DNA of 64,000 nucleotides from a virus (lineage: Duplodnaviria; Caudoviricetes). The notes beneath the pieces are model-generated. The model made no database searches and had not been told where the DNA came from. It saw only the letters and a program-made list of their open reading frames with translations. Location of the stretch: IMG/VR virus record IMGVR_UViG_3300011678_000001, positions 1-64,000 of that record; one strand, given 5' to 3'. The position numbers were made by a program, and so were the translations under genes. This document shows, one piece after another, positions 29,822 through 38,977 of this stretch (positions are counted from its first letter, which is position 1; every line of letters starts with the position of its first letter).

Positions 29822-30857
29822 AGCCTACGTCGAGATCGACTCGCGTATCACCCGTGAACACCCGTATGTAGCCTTCGGTCAGCATGTGGGTTACGAGCAC
29901 TGCCCGGTGGAAAACGAAATCGCTGCGACCCAGTTGGGTTACGCTGATTCGCTGGACACCATGAAGCCTGAAGCCTTCGCTAAAGTGATGGCTGAAGCCT
30001 TCGCCAGCAAGGACAAGGTGTTCATCTTTGCCGATGGCAAGACGTACCTGCGTTTGTACGCCATGGCGGTCAAAGCCCTGCTGCCGTCAGTGACCCTCGA
30101 TGTGTTCCGCTGGATCTTCCTGTGCAAGAAGGCGACTTTCAACGTCTCCTTGCTGAACATCCGCAAGCCCGCGTCGAACATCCTGGCCGAAGTCGAAATC
30201 AACGCCAAGACCATCGAGGCGCTGTACAAGTTCAACGATCCGCTTCAGGACGTCATGACTGAGCTGATGTGCGCCGCCCCTGACGAAGTGTCGTTGGAAT
30301 GGCGCATCCTGCGTCTACTCACCGATGACCGCGTGGGTAAACTGCCCAAGGTCCTGCGTAACATCCTGCGCCGCATTGCATTGGCCAACACCCATGATGC
30401 CCTCGATGTTTGGGGTCGCATGATTGCTGACCCTGGCATGTGGGAGTTCGCCGGCTGCGACATGGACACCCTGATGAACGGCAACAGTGTCTTTGAAGGC
30501 ACGTTGAACTTCCACTACCTGAACAACCCCATGTTCTTGCAGCCGGGTGTGTTCGAGAACGAACCGACCCGTGACTGGGTACTGGGGCTGCTCCGTGAGT
30601 TAATCAAGGTGCTGGAGTTCTGTGACGAAGGTCCGACCGCCGGTCGTACACGTTTGATTCTGGAGTTGATGACCTCAGACACGAACATCTACACCCCTGA
30701 AGCCTTGAAAGAACGCGTCATGGTCATGTTCAAAGGCGCTAAGCGCCTGGCCCTGCCGAACGCTGATTCGGGCAAGTACGATGAGAACCTCATCCGCTAC
30801 GTGCTGCACGAGGACGTTGATGTCCTGCGTCAGTGCGTCCAAGGAGCGAAATGGTAA
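29802..30857 (+). CDS. Hypothetical protein in the rSAM cluster
   Basis: 351-aa ORF with AAGGA RBS; TAATG coupling to rSAM2. Confidence 0.75.
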   Translation: MYHLRSKAYVEIDSRITREHPYVAFGQHVGYEHCPVENEIAATQLGYADSLDTMKPEAFAKVMAEAFASKDKVFIFADGKTYLRLYAMAVKALLPSVTLDVFRWIFLCKKATFNVSLLNIRKPASNILAEVEINAKTIEALYKFNDPLQDVMTELMCAAPDEVSLEWRILRLLTDDRVGKLPKVLRNILRRIALANTHDALDVWGRMIADPGMWEFAGCDMDTLMNGNSVFEGTLNFHYLNNPMFLQPGVFENEPTRDWVLGLLRELIKVLEFCDEGPTAGRTRLILELMTSDTNIYTPEALKERVMVMFKGAKRLALPNADSGKYDENLIRYVLHEDVDVLRQCVQGAKW

Positions 30858-31852
30858 TGGACCTGATTCCCGTAGTGAACATCCTCCAAGAGAAGAAAGG
30901 TAAGTGGAAAGAAGCGCACCTGATTCTGTTTGAGTACTGTAATCTACGGTGTTCGTTCTGCCATCAAGACCACGACTCCAAGGTGGGGTTTGACAGCATC
31001 GCTGAGAAAGTCGAGACGCTCATTGCCAGTACCGATCCACGTCAACCGTACGTGGTGAACATGACCGGCGGTGAGCTGTTCCTCGATGAGTTCCCGGATG
31101 AACTGTTCGAGCAATATTACCAGGCTGGCAAGCGGATCTTCGAGCACTTCGAGAACGCCTTGCTGGTCCTGGGTACCAACCTGGTCTATCATAAGGTCGA
31201 GCGTCTGGTTGAACTTGTCAAGCGCCTTCAAGCCCATGGCAAGGTCCAGATTGCAACGTCCTATGATCCCGCTGGCCGGTTTGACCGGGTGGGGCGGATG
31301 CTGTTCTTCCATAACCTGCACAAGGTGAAAGAATACGTCAGGACCGTCAACGTTGTGATCACCAAGCAGAACATCGAGGCCTTCCTAAGTGAAAACGAAG
31401 GATACGAAGTGGCCTGGATGTGCGAACACTTCGATGTGTACTTCGACCATTACATCCCCAGTCAGATGTACGAGTACATCCAGCCGGATGAAGACCTGAT
31501 CAGTCAGCTGTACCTGAAACTCAATGAGCGCTACCCGAACTCCTATCCAATCAAGGACTGGAAACAGAATGCGTTCAATGAGACCACCTGCCGCTCTACG
31601 AAGATCGTCAACAAAGATGGGATCGTGAGCACCTGTTGGTCAGAAGCCGGCAAGAACGCCATCCTCGATGAAGCCGAAGGTCTCAAAGCCAAGGACGAAG
31701 CGGAGATGCGGTTTGTCGAGAAGTACGACTGTTTCTCCTGTGAGTATTACTCGCGGTGCGGCATGCGGTGCTTCCTCCATCACTCGTTCATCGAGGATGG
31801 AAATTCGACCTGCCAGATCAAAGAGATGTTCTCTAAGATTATCGAAGCGTGA
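30857..31852 (+). CDS. Radical SAM protein 2
   Basis: CNLRCSFC, MTGGEL, C-terminal CFSCEYYSRCGMRC...C. Confidence 0.9.
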   Translation: MDLIPVVNILQEKKGKWKEAHLILFEYCNLRCSFCHQDHDSKVGFDSIAEKVETLIASTDPRQPYVVNMTGGELFLDEFPDELFEQYYQAGKRIFEHFENALLVLGTNLVYHKVERLVELVKRLQAHGKVQIATSYDPAGRFDRVGRMLFFHNLHKVKEYVRTVNVVITKQNIEAFLSENEGYEVAWMCEHFDVYFDHYIPSQMYEYIQPDEDLISQLYLKLNERYPNSYPIKDWKQNAFNETTCRSTKIVNKDGIVSTCWSEAGKNAILDEAEGLKAKDEAEMRFVEKYDCFSCEYYSRCGMRCFLHHSFIEDGNSTCQIKEMFSKIIEA

Positions 31853-31903
31853 CATACGGGCTCCGGGCAACCGGAGCCTATATGCCGTTTGTATTTATTT
31901 TTA
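31853..31903 (+). terminator. Hairpin terminator (CATA-stem-TATGCCG type)
   Basis: CATAC-GGGCTCCGG-GCAA-CCGGAGCC-TATATGCCGTTTGTATTTATTTTT. Confidence 0.75.
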
Positions 31904-32020
31904 TACTTAAGTCAGCTCGTATGAATTTTAGTTAATAGGAATTCATCTGCATTCCCATGGTATGACCTAGACAGCAAGGTGCTGTCCTCCCTTGCTGCAT
32001 TTCTTACCGAGACCCTCCTC

Positions 32021-32185
32021 ATGAACGTACAAGAATTCCCCCTGACGCCGGAAGGCTACCAACAAGCCATGCAGTGGCTGCGTGATGAAGGCCTCGATCC
32101 AATCGAGTACGCCAACCGCGAACTGTCCACCGATGGCTACACCATCGTCAACATGGTCAACCACCTGCGTCAGCGTAATGCATAA
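32021..32185 (+). CDS. Small hypothetical protein
   Basis: MNVQEFPLTPEG...LRQRNA (54 aa), first gene after the internal terminator and a TATG site. Confidence 0.55.
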   Translation: MNVQEFPLTPEGYQQAMQWLRDEGLDPIEYANRELSTDGYTIVNMVNHLRQRNA

Positions 32186-32209
32186 CAGGTAGCCTAAGGA
32201 GTATTCATC

Positions 32210-33298
32210 ATCGACGTTATCCTGAAACCGACTGCGAGATGCAACTTCAAGTGTACGTTCTGCTCTAGCACGTACCTGAGCGATGATAATAAAGAAATCG
32301 TCGAACTCACGCAGGTCGAACGGTTTATCCAGCGATTCCCTGAGACCCGGACGGTCATCGTAAACGGCGGCGATCCGTTGATGATGCCGCCTCAGTATTA
32401 CTGGGATCTGATCGCCATCCTGGATCGATTAGAGTCAAAGGCCAGTATTTCGTTTACCACCAACCTCTGGCCCTTCTACAAGAAGCCTGAGCTGTGGGAA
32501 GAGTTGTTCCGGCATCCTCGTGTCGGCGTGACCACCTCGTTCCAATACGGGGATGGGCGCTTGAAAGGCGATGGTACGCCATTGACCGAAGCTGAGTTCA
32601 TCGCCATGAGCGATCTGTTCTTGGAACGCATCGGTTATCGGCCTGACTTCATTGCGGTGATTGACAAGGACAATGAACACACTGTGCTTGACACCGTACG
32701 CCTTGCCCAGCGACTCGGGGTAGAGGCTAAAGTCAATTATGCTGTCGCCTCGGGCCCTGTGGTGGTCAACAAAGGCATCGCCATGGGGCATGCGGAAAGC
32801 ATGTACACCCAAGCGGACATGTACAAAGCCTACATCGAGATTTACGATGCAGGGCTCATGCAGTGGGAGTTCAACACCAAGCAGATGGTCAAGCGCATCA
32901 AGACGCAGAACACCATCTGCCCCTTGTCCCGTGAGTGTGACAGCGGGATTCGCAGCATCCAACCGGGTGGTGGGTATTTCTCCTGTGGCGCGTTCGGTGA
33001 TGACCTCAAATACCCCATCGACTTTGAAAAAGAGATGAATGGGGAGTTCTTCCAGCCGTTGAGCAATCAGGAAGAGTTGTGGTCGATGAAGGAGGCGTGC
33101 AATGAATGCCCGATGTTCCTCATCTGCAACGGGTGCCGCAAGACCATCACCGACACCAAACGGTTAGGCTTGGCTGAGCATCACTGCCAGACCATGAAGA
33201 GCATTGCCCCACGGCTCATCGAACTGAACGGGATGCAGGATTACCTGACCCCCACCCCTTACGTGGACGAATCGGTCCAGATCATCGCCCGAGGTTAA
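32210..33298 (+). CDS. Radical SAM protein 3 (non-canonical ATC start or mutated start)
   Basis: The frame extends upstream of the ORF-track start: IDVILKPTARCNFKCTFCSS...NGGDP. In-frame TAA at 32195; TAAGGAG lies 8 nt before ATC 32210. C-terminal CNECPMFLICNGC...HHC. Confidence 0.8.
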   Translation: MDVILKPTARCNFKCTFCSSTYLSDDNKEIVELTQVERFIQRFPETRTVIVNGGDPLMMPPQYYWDLIAILDRLESKASISFTTNLWPFYKKPELWEELFRHPRVGVTTSFQYGDGRLKGDGTPLTEAEFIAMSDLFLERIGYRPDFIAVIDKDNEHTVLDTVRLAQRLGVEAKVNYAVASGPVVVNKGIAMGHAESMYTQADMYKAYIEIYDAGLMQWEFNTKQMVKRIKTQNTICPLSRECDSGIRSIQPGGGYFSCGAFGDDLKYPIDFEKEMNGEFFQPLSNQEELWSMKEACNECPMFLICNGCRKTITDTKRLGLAEHHCQTMKSIAPRLIELNGMQDYLTPTPYVDESVQIIARG

Positions 33299-33299
33299 C

Positions 33300-33494
33300 A
33301 TGGCTATTCTCACCCACGAAACCCTGCTGATCAATCTCAAACAAGCACTGGAGCGCGAGGCTGACACCATTGTCCGTCAACTGATGGCCCGTGGCCAAAG
33401 TATGACAACCATTGGGTTTGCAGACTTCGAGCTGGCCATGCGCGATGCGCTTATGGACCTTGCCAAGCAACACGCCAAGACCCATCGAGATTAA
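33300..33494 (+). CDS. Small hypothetical protein
   Basis: 64 aa, GAGG RBS, tightly coupled to neighbours. Confidence 0.6.
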   Translation: MAILTHETLLINLKQALEREADTIVRQLMARGQSMTTIGFADFELAMRDALMDLAKQHAKTHRD

Positions 33495-33498
33495 CAAC

Positions 33499-33729
33499 AT
33501 GGCTTACATCGATCCTTTCGCTGAACCTGCCGACCCCGTCGTCGCCGAGTCAGCCCGTATCAACCGTGAACTCAAAGCCCTCTTTAACCGTGAGGCTGAG
33601 TACTTCGAACGACAACTGGCCAAGCGAAGCCTGATGCTCAATGATCGCGGCCTGGCTCAAACTGAGACCAATTTGCGGGAGTTCATCGATAAAGCCATCG
33701 CTGACATCGATCGCAGTCTTAAGGGGTAG
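33499..33729 (+). CDS. Small hypothetical helical protein
   Basis: MAYIDPFAEPADP... 76 aa from ATG 33499. Confidence 0.6.
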   Translation: MAYIDPFAEPADPVVAESARINRELKALFNREAEYFERQLAKRSLMLNDRGLAQTETNLREFIDKAIADIDRSLKG

Positions 33730-33789
33730 TGCTATGTTGATGAACAACCTGGTGCTGGCGATCCGTGTGGCCATTCTTGAGGGGGCGTC

Positions 33790-34794
33790 ATGTCGCGACC
33801 GCAAATAAACCTCAGCATCAATCCATCGTACTACTGCAACTTGCGGTGCGAGTTCTGTTATTTGACTCCTGAGCAATTGGGGGACCGGACGCGTCTGGAG
33901 TTGGACAAGTTCGAAGAGGTGTTGCTCGACGTCATGCAGCATTATGACATCGGTCATGTCGACATCTATGGGGGCGAAGTCCTGTTGTTGCCGCCCGAGT
34001 ACTTGCAAGGGATGAAAGACATCCTGCTCACGTACGGCATTGATGACATTGTTCTGGTGACCAACCTCACCCTGACCAATGAGATCACCGACGATCTGGA
34101 TTTCGAACTCTCGGTCTCCTACGACTTCGGAGCACGGGAGATGCATGAGCGGGTGTTCAACAACCTGCTGATGCTCCCGCGCCCGTACACCATCCTGACC
34201 TTGGCCAGTCGGAAGTTCTTGGACACCGTGAGTGTGGATGAATTCGTCCAGACCATGAACATGCTGAGCAATGCCAAGGACGTCGAGATCAAGCCGTACA
34301 GCTCCAATCAAGCCAATGCCCACCCAGTGTACTACGATGAGTTCGAACGCTTCGTATGGGCGGTTATAGAGCACCCTGAGCGCACGTTCTACTTCGAGAA
34401 TGAGCGGCAGGTAAAGGAAGCGGCTGAAGGGCTTCGAAATGCCTTCAGTGACGACCACCTGTACATCACCCCGACCGGTCAATTGGCCGTGTTGGAGTTC
34501 GATGCCAATGACAATGAGTTCTTCCTGCCCGTTGATGGGGTAGAAGGTTACCTTGCGTGGTGTGCAAAAGAAAAGCAGGCCGTGACCACCAATGGTCATT
34601 GCGGGACCTGCACCTACATGGGACATTGCCTTTCCGAGCACTTGCGGGAGGTCACCGACTTGTCCCGTTCCTGTAACGGTTTTAAGGGGTTACTCGACCT
34701 ATGGACAACCCACACCTCGTCCAACACCGACAGCGCTTGGAGATCACGCTTGATCTATTCCGAGGCTGCCAGCACCACTGCTCCGGATGCATGA
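33790..34794 (+). CDS. Radical SAM protein 4
   Basis: CNLRCEFC, IYGGEV, C-terminal CGTCTYMGHC...SC; GAGGGGG RBS. Confidence 0.9.
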   Translation: MSRPQINLSINPSYYCNLRCEFCYLTPEQLGDRTRLELDKFEEVLLDVMQHYDIGHVDIYGGEVLLLPPEYLQGMKDILLTYGIDDIVLVTNLTLTNEITDDLDFELSVSYDFGAREMHERVFNNLLMLPRPYTILTLASRKFLDTVSVDEFVQTMNMLSNAKDVEIKPYSSNQANAHPVYYDEFERFVWAVIEHPERTFYFENERQVKEAAEGLRNAFSDDHLYITPTGQLAVLEFDANDNEFFLPVDGVEGYLAWCAKEKQAVTTNGHCGTCTYMGHCLSEHLREVTDLSRSCNGFKGLLDLWTTHTSSNTDSAWRSRLIYSEAASTTAPDA

Positions 34795-35729
34795 TCGACC
34801 GCACCATGGGTGGGGACGTTAATGACCTGCCTGAGCTGCAAGCCCTCATTGAAGAAATGGTGGGCGTCGGGTACGTGGCGTTTGATTTGGGCATTGGCCC
34901 AACGGACTACATGAGTGCCGACAACAAAGATGAAGTCATGGAGCACCCGATCTTCCAGTCCATGGCGCAACTGTTTCATCAGGTGACCTTCAACGCGGCC
35001 TTCCTGGAGAAGGACCTGAAGAAGTACACCGCCATGTGTCAGGAGATTGATGTCTGTGTGCCGGGTAAACCGATTCGCTTCTTGATTCCGGCGGCCCCAC
35101 ACTTCTTCAAGACCAATAAGTTCAGTGATATGATCAACATGAAGCTGAACCACATCAAAGACAACCTGCACAACGCCTTCTTGAATGAAGCAGGCTTTGT
35201 GGTCAACTGCACCAAGGACACCGTCGATGACGAGTTCGAGGAGATGCTGATCAAAGGCTTTGATGTGGAGTTCCCGGTCGACAAGGATGACATCTTAAAC
35301 ATCCCGTACGGGCGCGCTCCAATCAAGGACTTGCAAGTGGCGCAACAGATCCAGCGCATGAGCTATCGGATCAGTTCGTACTACAAGCAGTTGAATGGGA
35401 CTGATGAACGGCGCAAGAACCCGGACCTGTGCCTGAACACCGGGACCATGATGAACCTGCTGTACACCGACGGCAAGCTGTACTGGGTGCCCTTCTTGAA
35501 AGACGACTGTCCGTTCCTAGAAGACGCCTTTACCGTGCCCAAGCCCTGGACTATGGATAACTTGCTAGCAACTCGTCAGCAGGCCTTGGACGCGTCTTTA
35601 GAGTACCTGAAAGACACGCCGTGCATGGAGTGCCCGTACGTCTCCAGTTGTTCGGAGAAGGGCATCACCAGCATCATGAAATTCATGGGCATCAAAGACT
35701 GCTTGGTAGGGCTTGAGTATGCACAGTGA
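34701..35729 (+). CDS. Divergent radical SAM-like protein 5
   Basis: CQHHCSGC, GIGPTD in place of GGE, C-terminal CMECPYVSSC...C. Confidence 0.75.
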   Translation: MDNPHLVQHRQRLEITLDLFRGCQHHCSGCMIDRTMGGDVNDLPELQALIEEMVGVGYVAFDLGIGPTDYMSADNKDEVMEHPIFQSMAQLFHQVTFNAAFLEKDLKKYTAMCQEIDVCVPGKPIRFLIPAAPHFFKTNKFSDMINMKLNHIKDNLHNAFLNEAGFVVNCTKDTVDDEFEEMLIKGFDVEFPVDKDDILNIPYGRAPIKDLQVAQQIQRMSYRISSYYKQLNGTDERRKNPDLCLNTGTMMNLLYTDGKLYWVPFLKDDCPFLEDAFTVPKPWTMDNLLATRQQALDASLEYLKDTPCMECPYVSSCSEKGITSIMKFMGIKDCLVGLEYAQ

Positions 35730-36759
35730 ACGTGTCTCACAAACCTTCAACTTAGGGTTGGAGGTGTTGAAAGGGTGTGGCTACAGTTGTTCAGGCTGCA
35801 CCGTGGATAAGAACTTTGCGGATTTTGAAGTCCCTGAAGAAGATGCCCGCGCCCTGCTAGCGCTACTCGAGGACCTCAAGCAGCAAGACTGGCGGATGTT
35901 GGAGCTGAAGATTGGCCCCACTGACATCACCAGTTCGGACAATGGCTTTGCGGTGTTGCAACACCCGGTGATCAAACAGATTGCCTCGTACTACAAAGTC
36001 TTGACCTTGAACGCTGCGATGCTGCATGACCGTAACCTGCCTGAACTCGCGGCGCTGTGCGATGAGCTGATGCCGGGCAAGTACGTCAACATCGGCACCC
36101 CTTTTACGTTGAAGAACGTGGCCAACGAAAAGTACATGGCGATGATGAAGGAGCGGCTGGCGTATTTCCAAAGCCTGCTGAAGAAAGCCTCCTTCACCCG
36201 TCTGTACGCCACAATCAACATCGAGGAGGAAAACCTCAAGCAGTTCAATGCCGAATCCTTCAGCCTGATCCGTAACTACGATTTCGGCTCCGGGATTGAC
36301 AAGGTCATTGAGTTCCCGTTTGTCAATGCCCGTCAAGGGTTTGATAACCTGCTCAACGCCGAGCGGTTTAAACGGGACATCAAGCAGTTTGCCGACTTCT
36401 CCAAGACGCGGGTCAACACGCATGAATTCATCCCGTTGATCCCAGGCGTCAAGGAAGGGTACGAGTACACCTACCGCACGGGTAAGCTCTATTCCACCAT
36501 CGTGTTGGTGGAGAACCTCACCCTGTACAAAGACAAGTACGAACTGGCCCGCCCTTGGACGGGTGCACGGTTGCTCGAGCACCGTGAAAATGCGTACATC
36601 AACAACCTGATCAAGTACAGCGAACACCCAGAATGTGGGGACTGCTGTTTCTTGGACCACTGTGCCCGGTGTGATGTGCAGCATCTGATGGAGGAGACCG
36701 GGTCTGACCGGTGCCTGATCGAGATGAAGAACCGCTGGGACCTCATGGGAGAACACTGA
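35719..36759 (+). CDS. Divergent radical SAM-like protein 6
   Basis: CGYSCSGC, KIGPTD, C-terminal CGDCCFLDHCARC...C; paralogous to protein 5. Confidence 0.75.
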   Translation: MHSERVSQTFNLGLEVLKGCGYSCSGCTVDKNFADFEVPEEDARALLALLEDLKQQDWRMLELKIGPTDITSSDNGFAVLQHPVIKQIASYYKVLTLNAAMLHDRNLPELAALCDELMPGKYVNIGTPFTLKNVANEKYMAMMKERLAYFQSLLKKASFTRLYATINIEEENLKQFNAESFSLIRNYDFGSGIDKVIEFPFVNARQGFDNLLNAERFKRDIKQFADFSKTRVNTHEFIPLIPGVKEGYEYTYRTGKLYSTIVLVENLTLYKDKYELARPWTGARLLEHRENAYINNLIKYSEHPECGDCCFLDHCARCDVQHLMEETGSDRCLIEMKNRWDLMGEH

Positions 36760-37190
36760 TGGATCACCTGCCGTATAAACCCTTCCAACGCCTTTATGAC
36801 GAATTGGTGCAAGAGCACAGCGATGCTTTTGAACTGATGGAGTTCGTGGAGGACGAGGAGTTGGTGGATAACGCCTTGAAGTATTTCGAGTCGGCTACCT
36901 TCCCGTTGATCTACCCGGCCAAGAGTTACGCCGTGGCGATCATCTACGCCTTCAAGCTCAAGGAACTCTACGGTCTGGACATCTACACAGTGCTGGACGA
37001 TGCCGACCTGTTCTTGGGTCAGGATGAGTACTTCGTTCCGTACAGTCAAGACCCGGCCACCTATGACGCCATCATCGAGAAACTCGAGAAGGTGGATAAC
37101 TGGTTGGAGAAGGGCTGGGCACCGAAGTCTGTGCAGTACTGCCTGCTCGAGTGCACGGAAGCCGGTATCACGTCATTGACGGAGGTGTGA
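36759..37190 (+). CDS. Hypothetical acidic protein in the rSAM cluster
   Basis: TGATG coupling; 143 aa MDHLPYKPF... Confidence 0.7.
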   Translation: MDHLPYKPFQRLYDELVQEHSDAFELMEFVEDEELVDNALKYFESATFPLIYPAKSYAVAIIYAFKLKELYGLDIYTVLDDADLFLGQDEYFVPYSQDPATYDAIIEKLEKVDNWLEKGWAPKSVQYCLLECTEAGITSLTEV

Positions 37191-37191
37191 G

Positions 37192-37749
37192 ATGGAAACC
37201 ATCAGTCTATGGGCTACCCCATTGGCAAAGATCAACGTGGCCGATCAGTTCGATATGGCTGCCTACGCCGATGAAGTCTTCACCCTGTTCAGCATGACCA
37301 ACGGAGAAGACGACCGTCAGCGTTGCATCGATGAAGAATTGTTTCCAATCATCCTCACCATGCGTGATGAGGTGATCACCCCAGCGGTGCAAGCGTACTG
37401 CCAAGAACACTTTGGCGAAGCCATGTTTCCCTTCTACGTGGAAACCAATGGTAAATGGATCGAAAATGGGGAAGGTCTGTACCCACATCTGCATCCAGGC
37501 AGTATCGTTTCAGCGATCTGCTATCCGGGCGATTCCACCAACGCCTTGACCATGTTTGATCCCAGGATGAATGCGATGCGTGGCTACCCCAAGCGCATGC
37601 GTAACCATCACTTCCCCAACTTCAAGATCAGTCCGAAGCAAGGGGATGTGTGGATCTTCCCCAGCTATGTGCAACACAGCGTCAGCCATGTGACTGAAGA
37701 CATGCGCCTGTCCTTGCTGCACGAATACTACCAAACCAAGGACCTGTAA
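37192..37749 (+). CDS. Putative 2OG-Fe(II) oxygenase (TIGR02466-like)
   Basis: PHLHPGSIVSAICYP...FDPR...PKQGDVWIFPSYVQHSV...RLSL. Confidence 0.8.
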   Translation: METISLWATPLAKINVADQFDMAAYADEVFTLFSMTNGEDDRQRCIDEELFPIILTMRDEVITPAVQAYCQEHFGEAMFPFYVETNGKWIENGEGLYPHLHPGSIVSAICYPGDSTNALTMFDPRMNAMRGYPKRMRNHHFPNFKISPKQGDVWIFPSYVQHSVSHVTEDMRLSLLHEYYQTKDL

Positions 37750-37750
37750 C

Positions 37751-38308
37751 ATGGAACTGATTCGCCCCTGGGTGACCACGATTGGAAAGTTCAATGTCAG
37801 CGATCAATGCGACCTTGATGAGATCTGTGGGGCCTTGTTAGCCAGCAGCTGCAAGGTCAATGGAAGCTTCCCACCAATGGATGACAGTGATCCGGCTGTC
37901 CAACCGTTGGTGCGACTGCGTGACGATGTGATTACTCCTGTGGTTATTGAGTACATCGCCACTCAATTTGGGATGCGCCTTGAACGCACGGAGTTGGACA
38001 TTCTGACACAATGCGTGGTGATCCCGCCTGGAGGCGATCTAGAGACGCACATCCATGCAATGAGCAGTGTGACCGTGGTCATGTACCCCGTGGAGTCAGC
38101 TGCTCGAATGATCGTCCTTGATCCTCGCACCACGGCGTGTCGAGGGTATCCACGTGACATCGTGACCTCGCACTTTGGTAACCTGCGTATTGAACCGGCA
38201 CCGGGCGATGTGTACATCCTGCCCAGCTATTTACAGCATTCGGTCAATACCGTTGGGGATGAACTGCGATTATCCTTTGTCAACGACTACTTCATTGCCT
38301 CTGAATAA
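37751..38308 (+). CDS. Putative 2OG-Fe(II) oxygenase (TIGR02466-like), paralogue
   Basis: THIHAMSSVTVVMYP...LDPR...PAPGDVYILPSYLQHSV...RLSF. Confidence 0.8.
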   Translation: MELIRPWVTTIGKFNVSDQCDLDEICGALLASSCKVNGSFPPMDDSDPAVQPLVRLRDDVITPVVIEYIATQFGMRLERTELDILTQCVVIPPGGDLETHIHAMSSVTVVMYPVESAARMIVLDPRTTACRGYPRDIVTSHFGNLRIEPAPGDVYILPSYLQHSVNTVGDELRLSFVNDYFIASE

Positions 38309-38320
38309 CGGAACCTTTCC

Positions 38321-38977
38321 ATGTCTGAAGAATTCGAACTCTATACCGGCGCTGACCGCGGCCAATTCCGGGTGATGCGCCTGCTGGACAATGCTGGTGT
38401 TCAATTACGTGCCACTGCCCGTATCAAAGATGCGGTGGTGTTCAATTTCCTCTCTGCATTGCAGTACGCCATCATCGGCTACGGCCTGGAATGGTGGAAA
38501 GACGGCGACCCTGCGCCTCAGGACGGGGGTGAGCCTCATCCGTACATCCCTAAGGGTCGTCCTAACGTCAACAAGCTGTACTTCCGAGGCAAGACCAGTC
38601 TGACGCCCAAGATGCTGCACTTGGAAGACGCCATCATCAACGACTTCCTGAACAACAAAGCGTTGGCAGATCCTATGACCCTGTTGTCGTACACACAGGA
38701 GTCTGCGGAGCAAGTGGCCAGTGCGGCTGAGTGGCGCCCTCTCATGAACAGTGCGTACTCCATCGCCAATGCCGTTCACATCACCCGACTGTCGACCACC
38801 CCGTCAACGCCGTTGACCATTGACAGCGAAGGGCTGCGCTTTGAGTACCGTCGTAACACGGACGAGAACCAGGTCTTCACGGGGATGCTAAAGGACTACA
38901 AATTCGAGAAACTCCGAGACTGCTATCCGGCAATGCTCGATCTGATTGAGAGTGAACAAAATGGCAGCAACAGTTAA
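38321..38977 (+). CDS. Hypothetical protein
   Basis: 218-aa ORF at the end of the cluster; overlaps the endolysin start. Confidence 0.7.
   Translation: MSEEFELYTGADRGQFRVMRLLDNAGVQLRATARIKDAVVFNFLSALQYAIIGYGLEWWKDGDPAPQDGGEPHPYIPKGRPNVNKLYFRGKTSLTPKMLHLEDAIINDFLNNKALADPMTLLSYTQESAEQVASAAEWRPLMNSAYSIANAVHITRLSTTPSTPLTIDSEGLRFEYRRNTDENQVFTGMLKDYKFEKLRDCYPAMLDLIESEQNGSNS

Noticed and set aside
33734-33808. 24-aa ORF MLMNNLVLAIRVAILEGASCRDRK as a RiPP precursor
   Set aside because: Overlaps the rSAM4 RBS and start, has a single Cys, and has no other support.
26901-38977. The island as a 7-deazaguanine or other DNA-modification cluster, or an anaerobic RNR activase locus
   Set aside because: No QueC/QueD/FolE/DpdA, thymidylate synthase or NrdD-like genes were recognised, and the rSAMs carry SPASM-like tails. 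Not fully excluded without nucleoside analysis.
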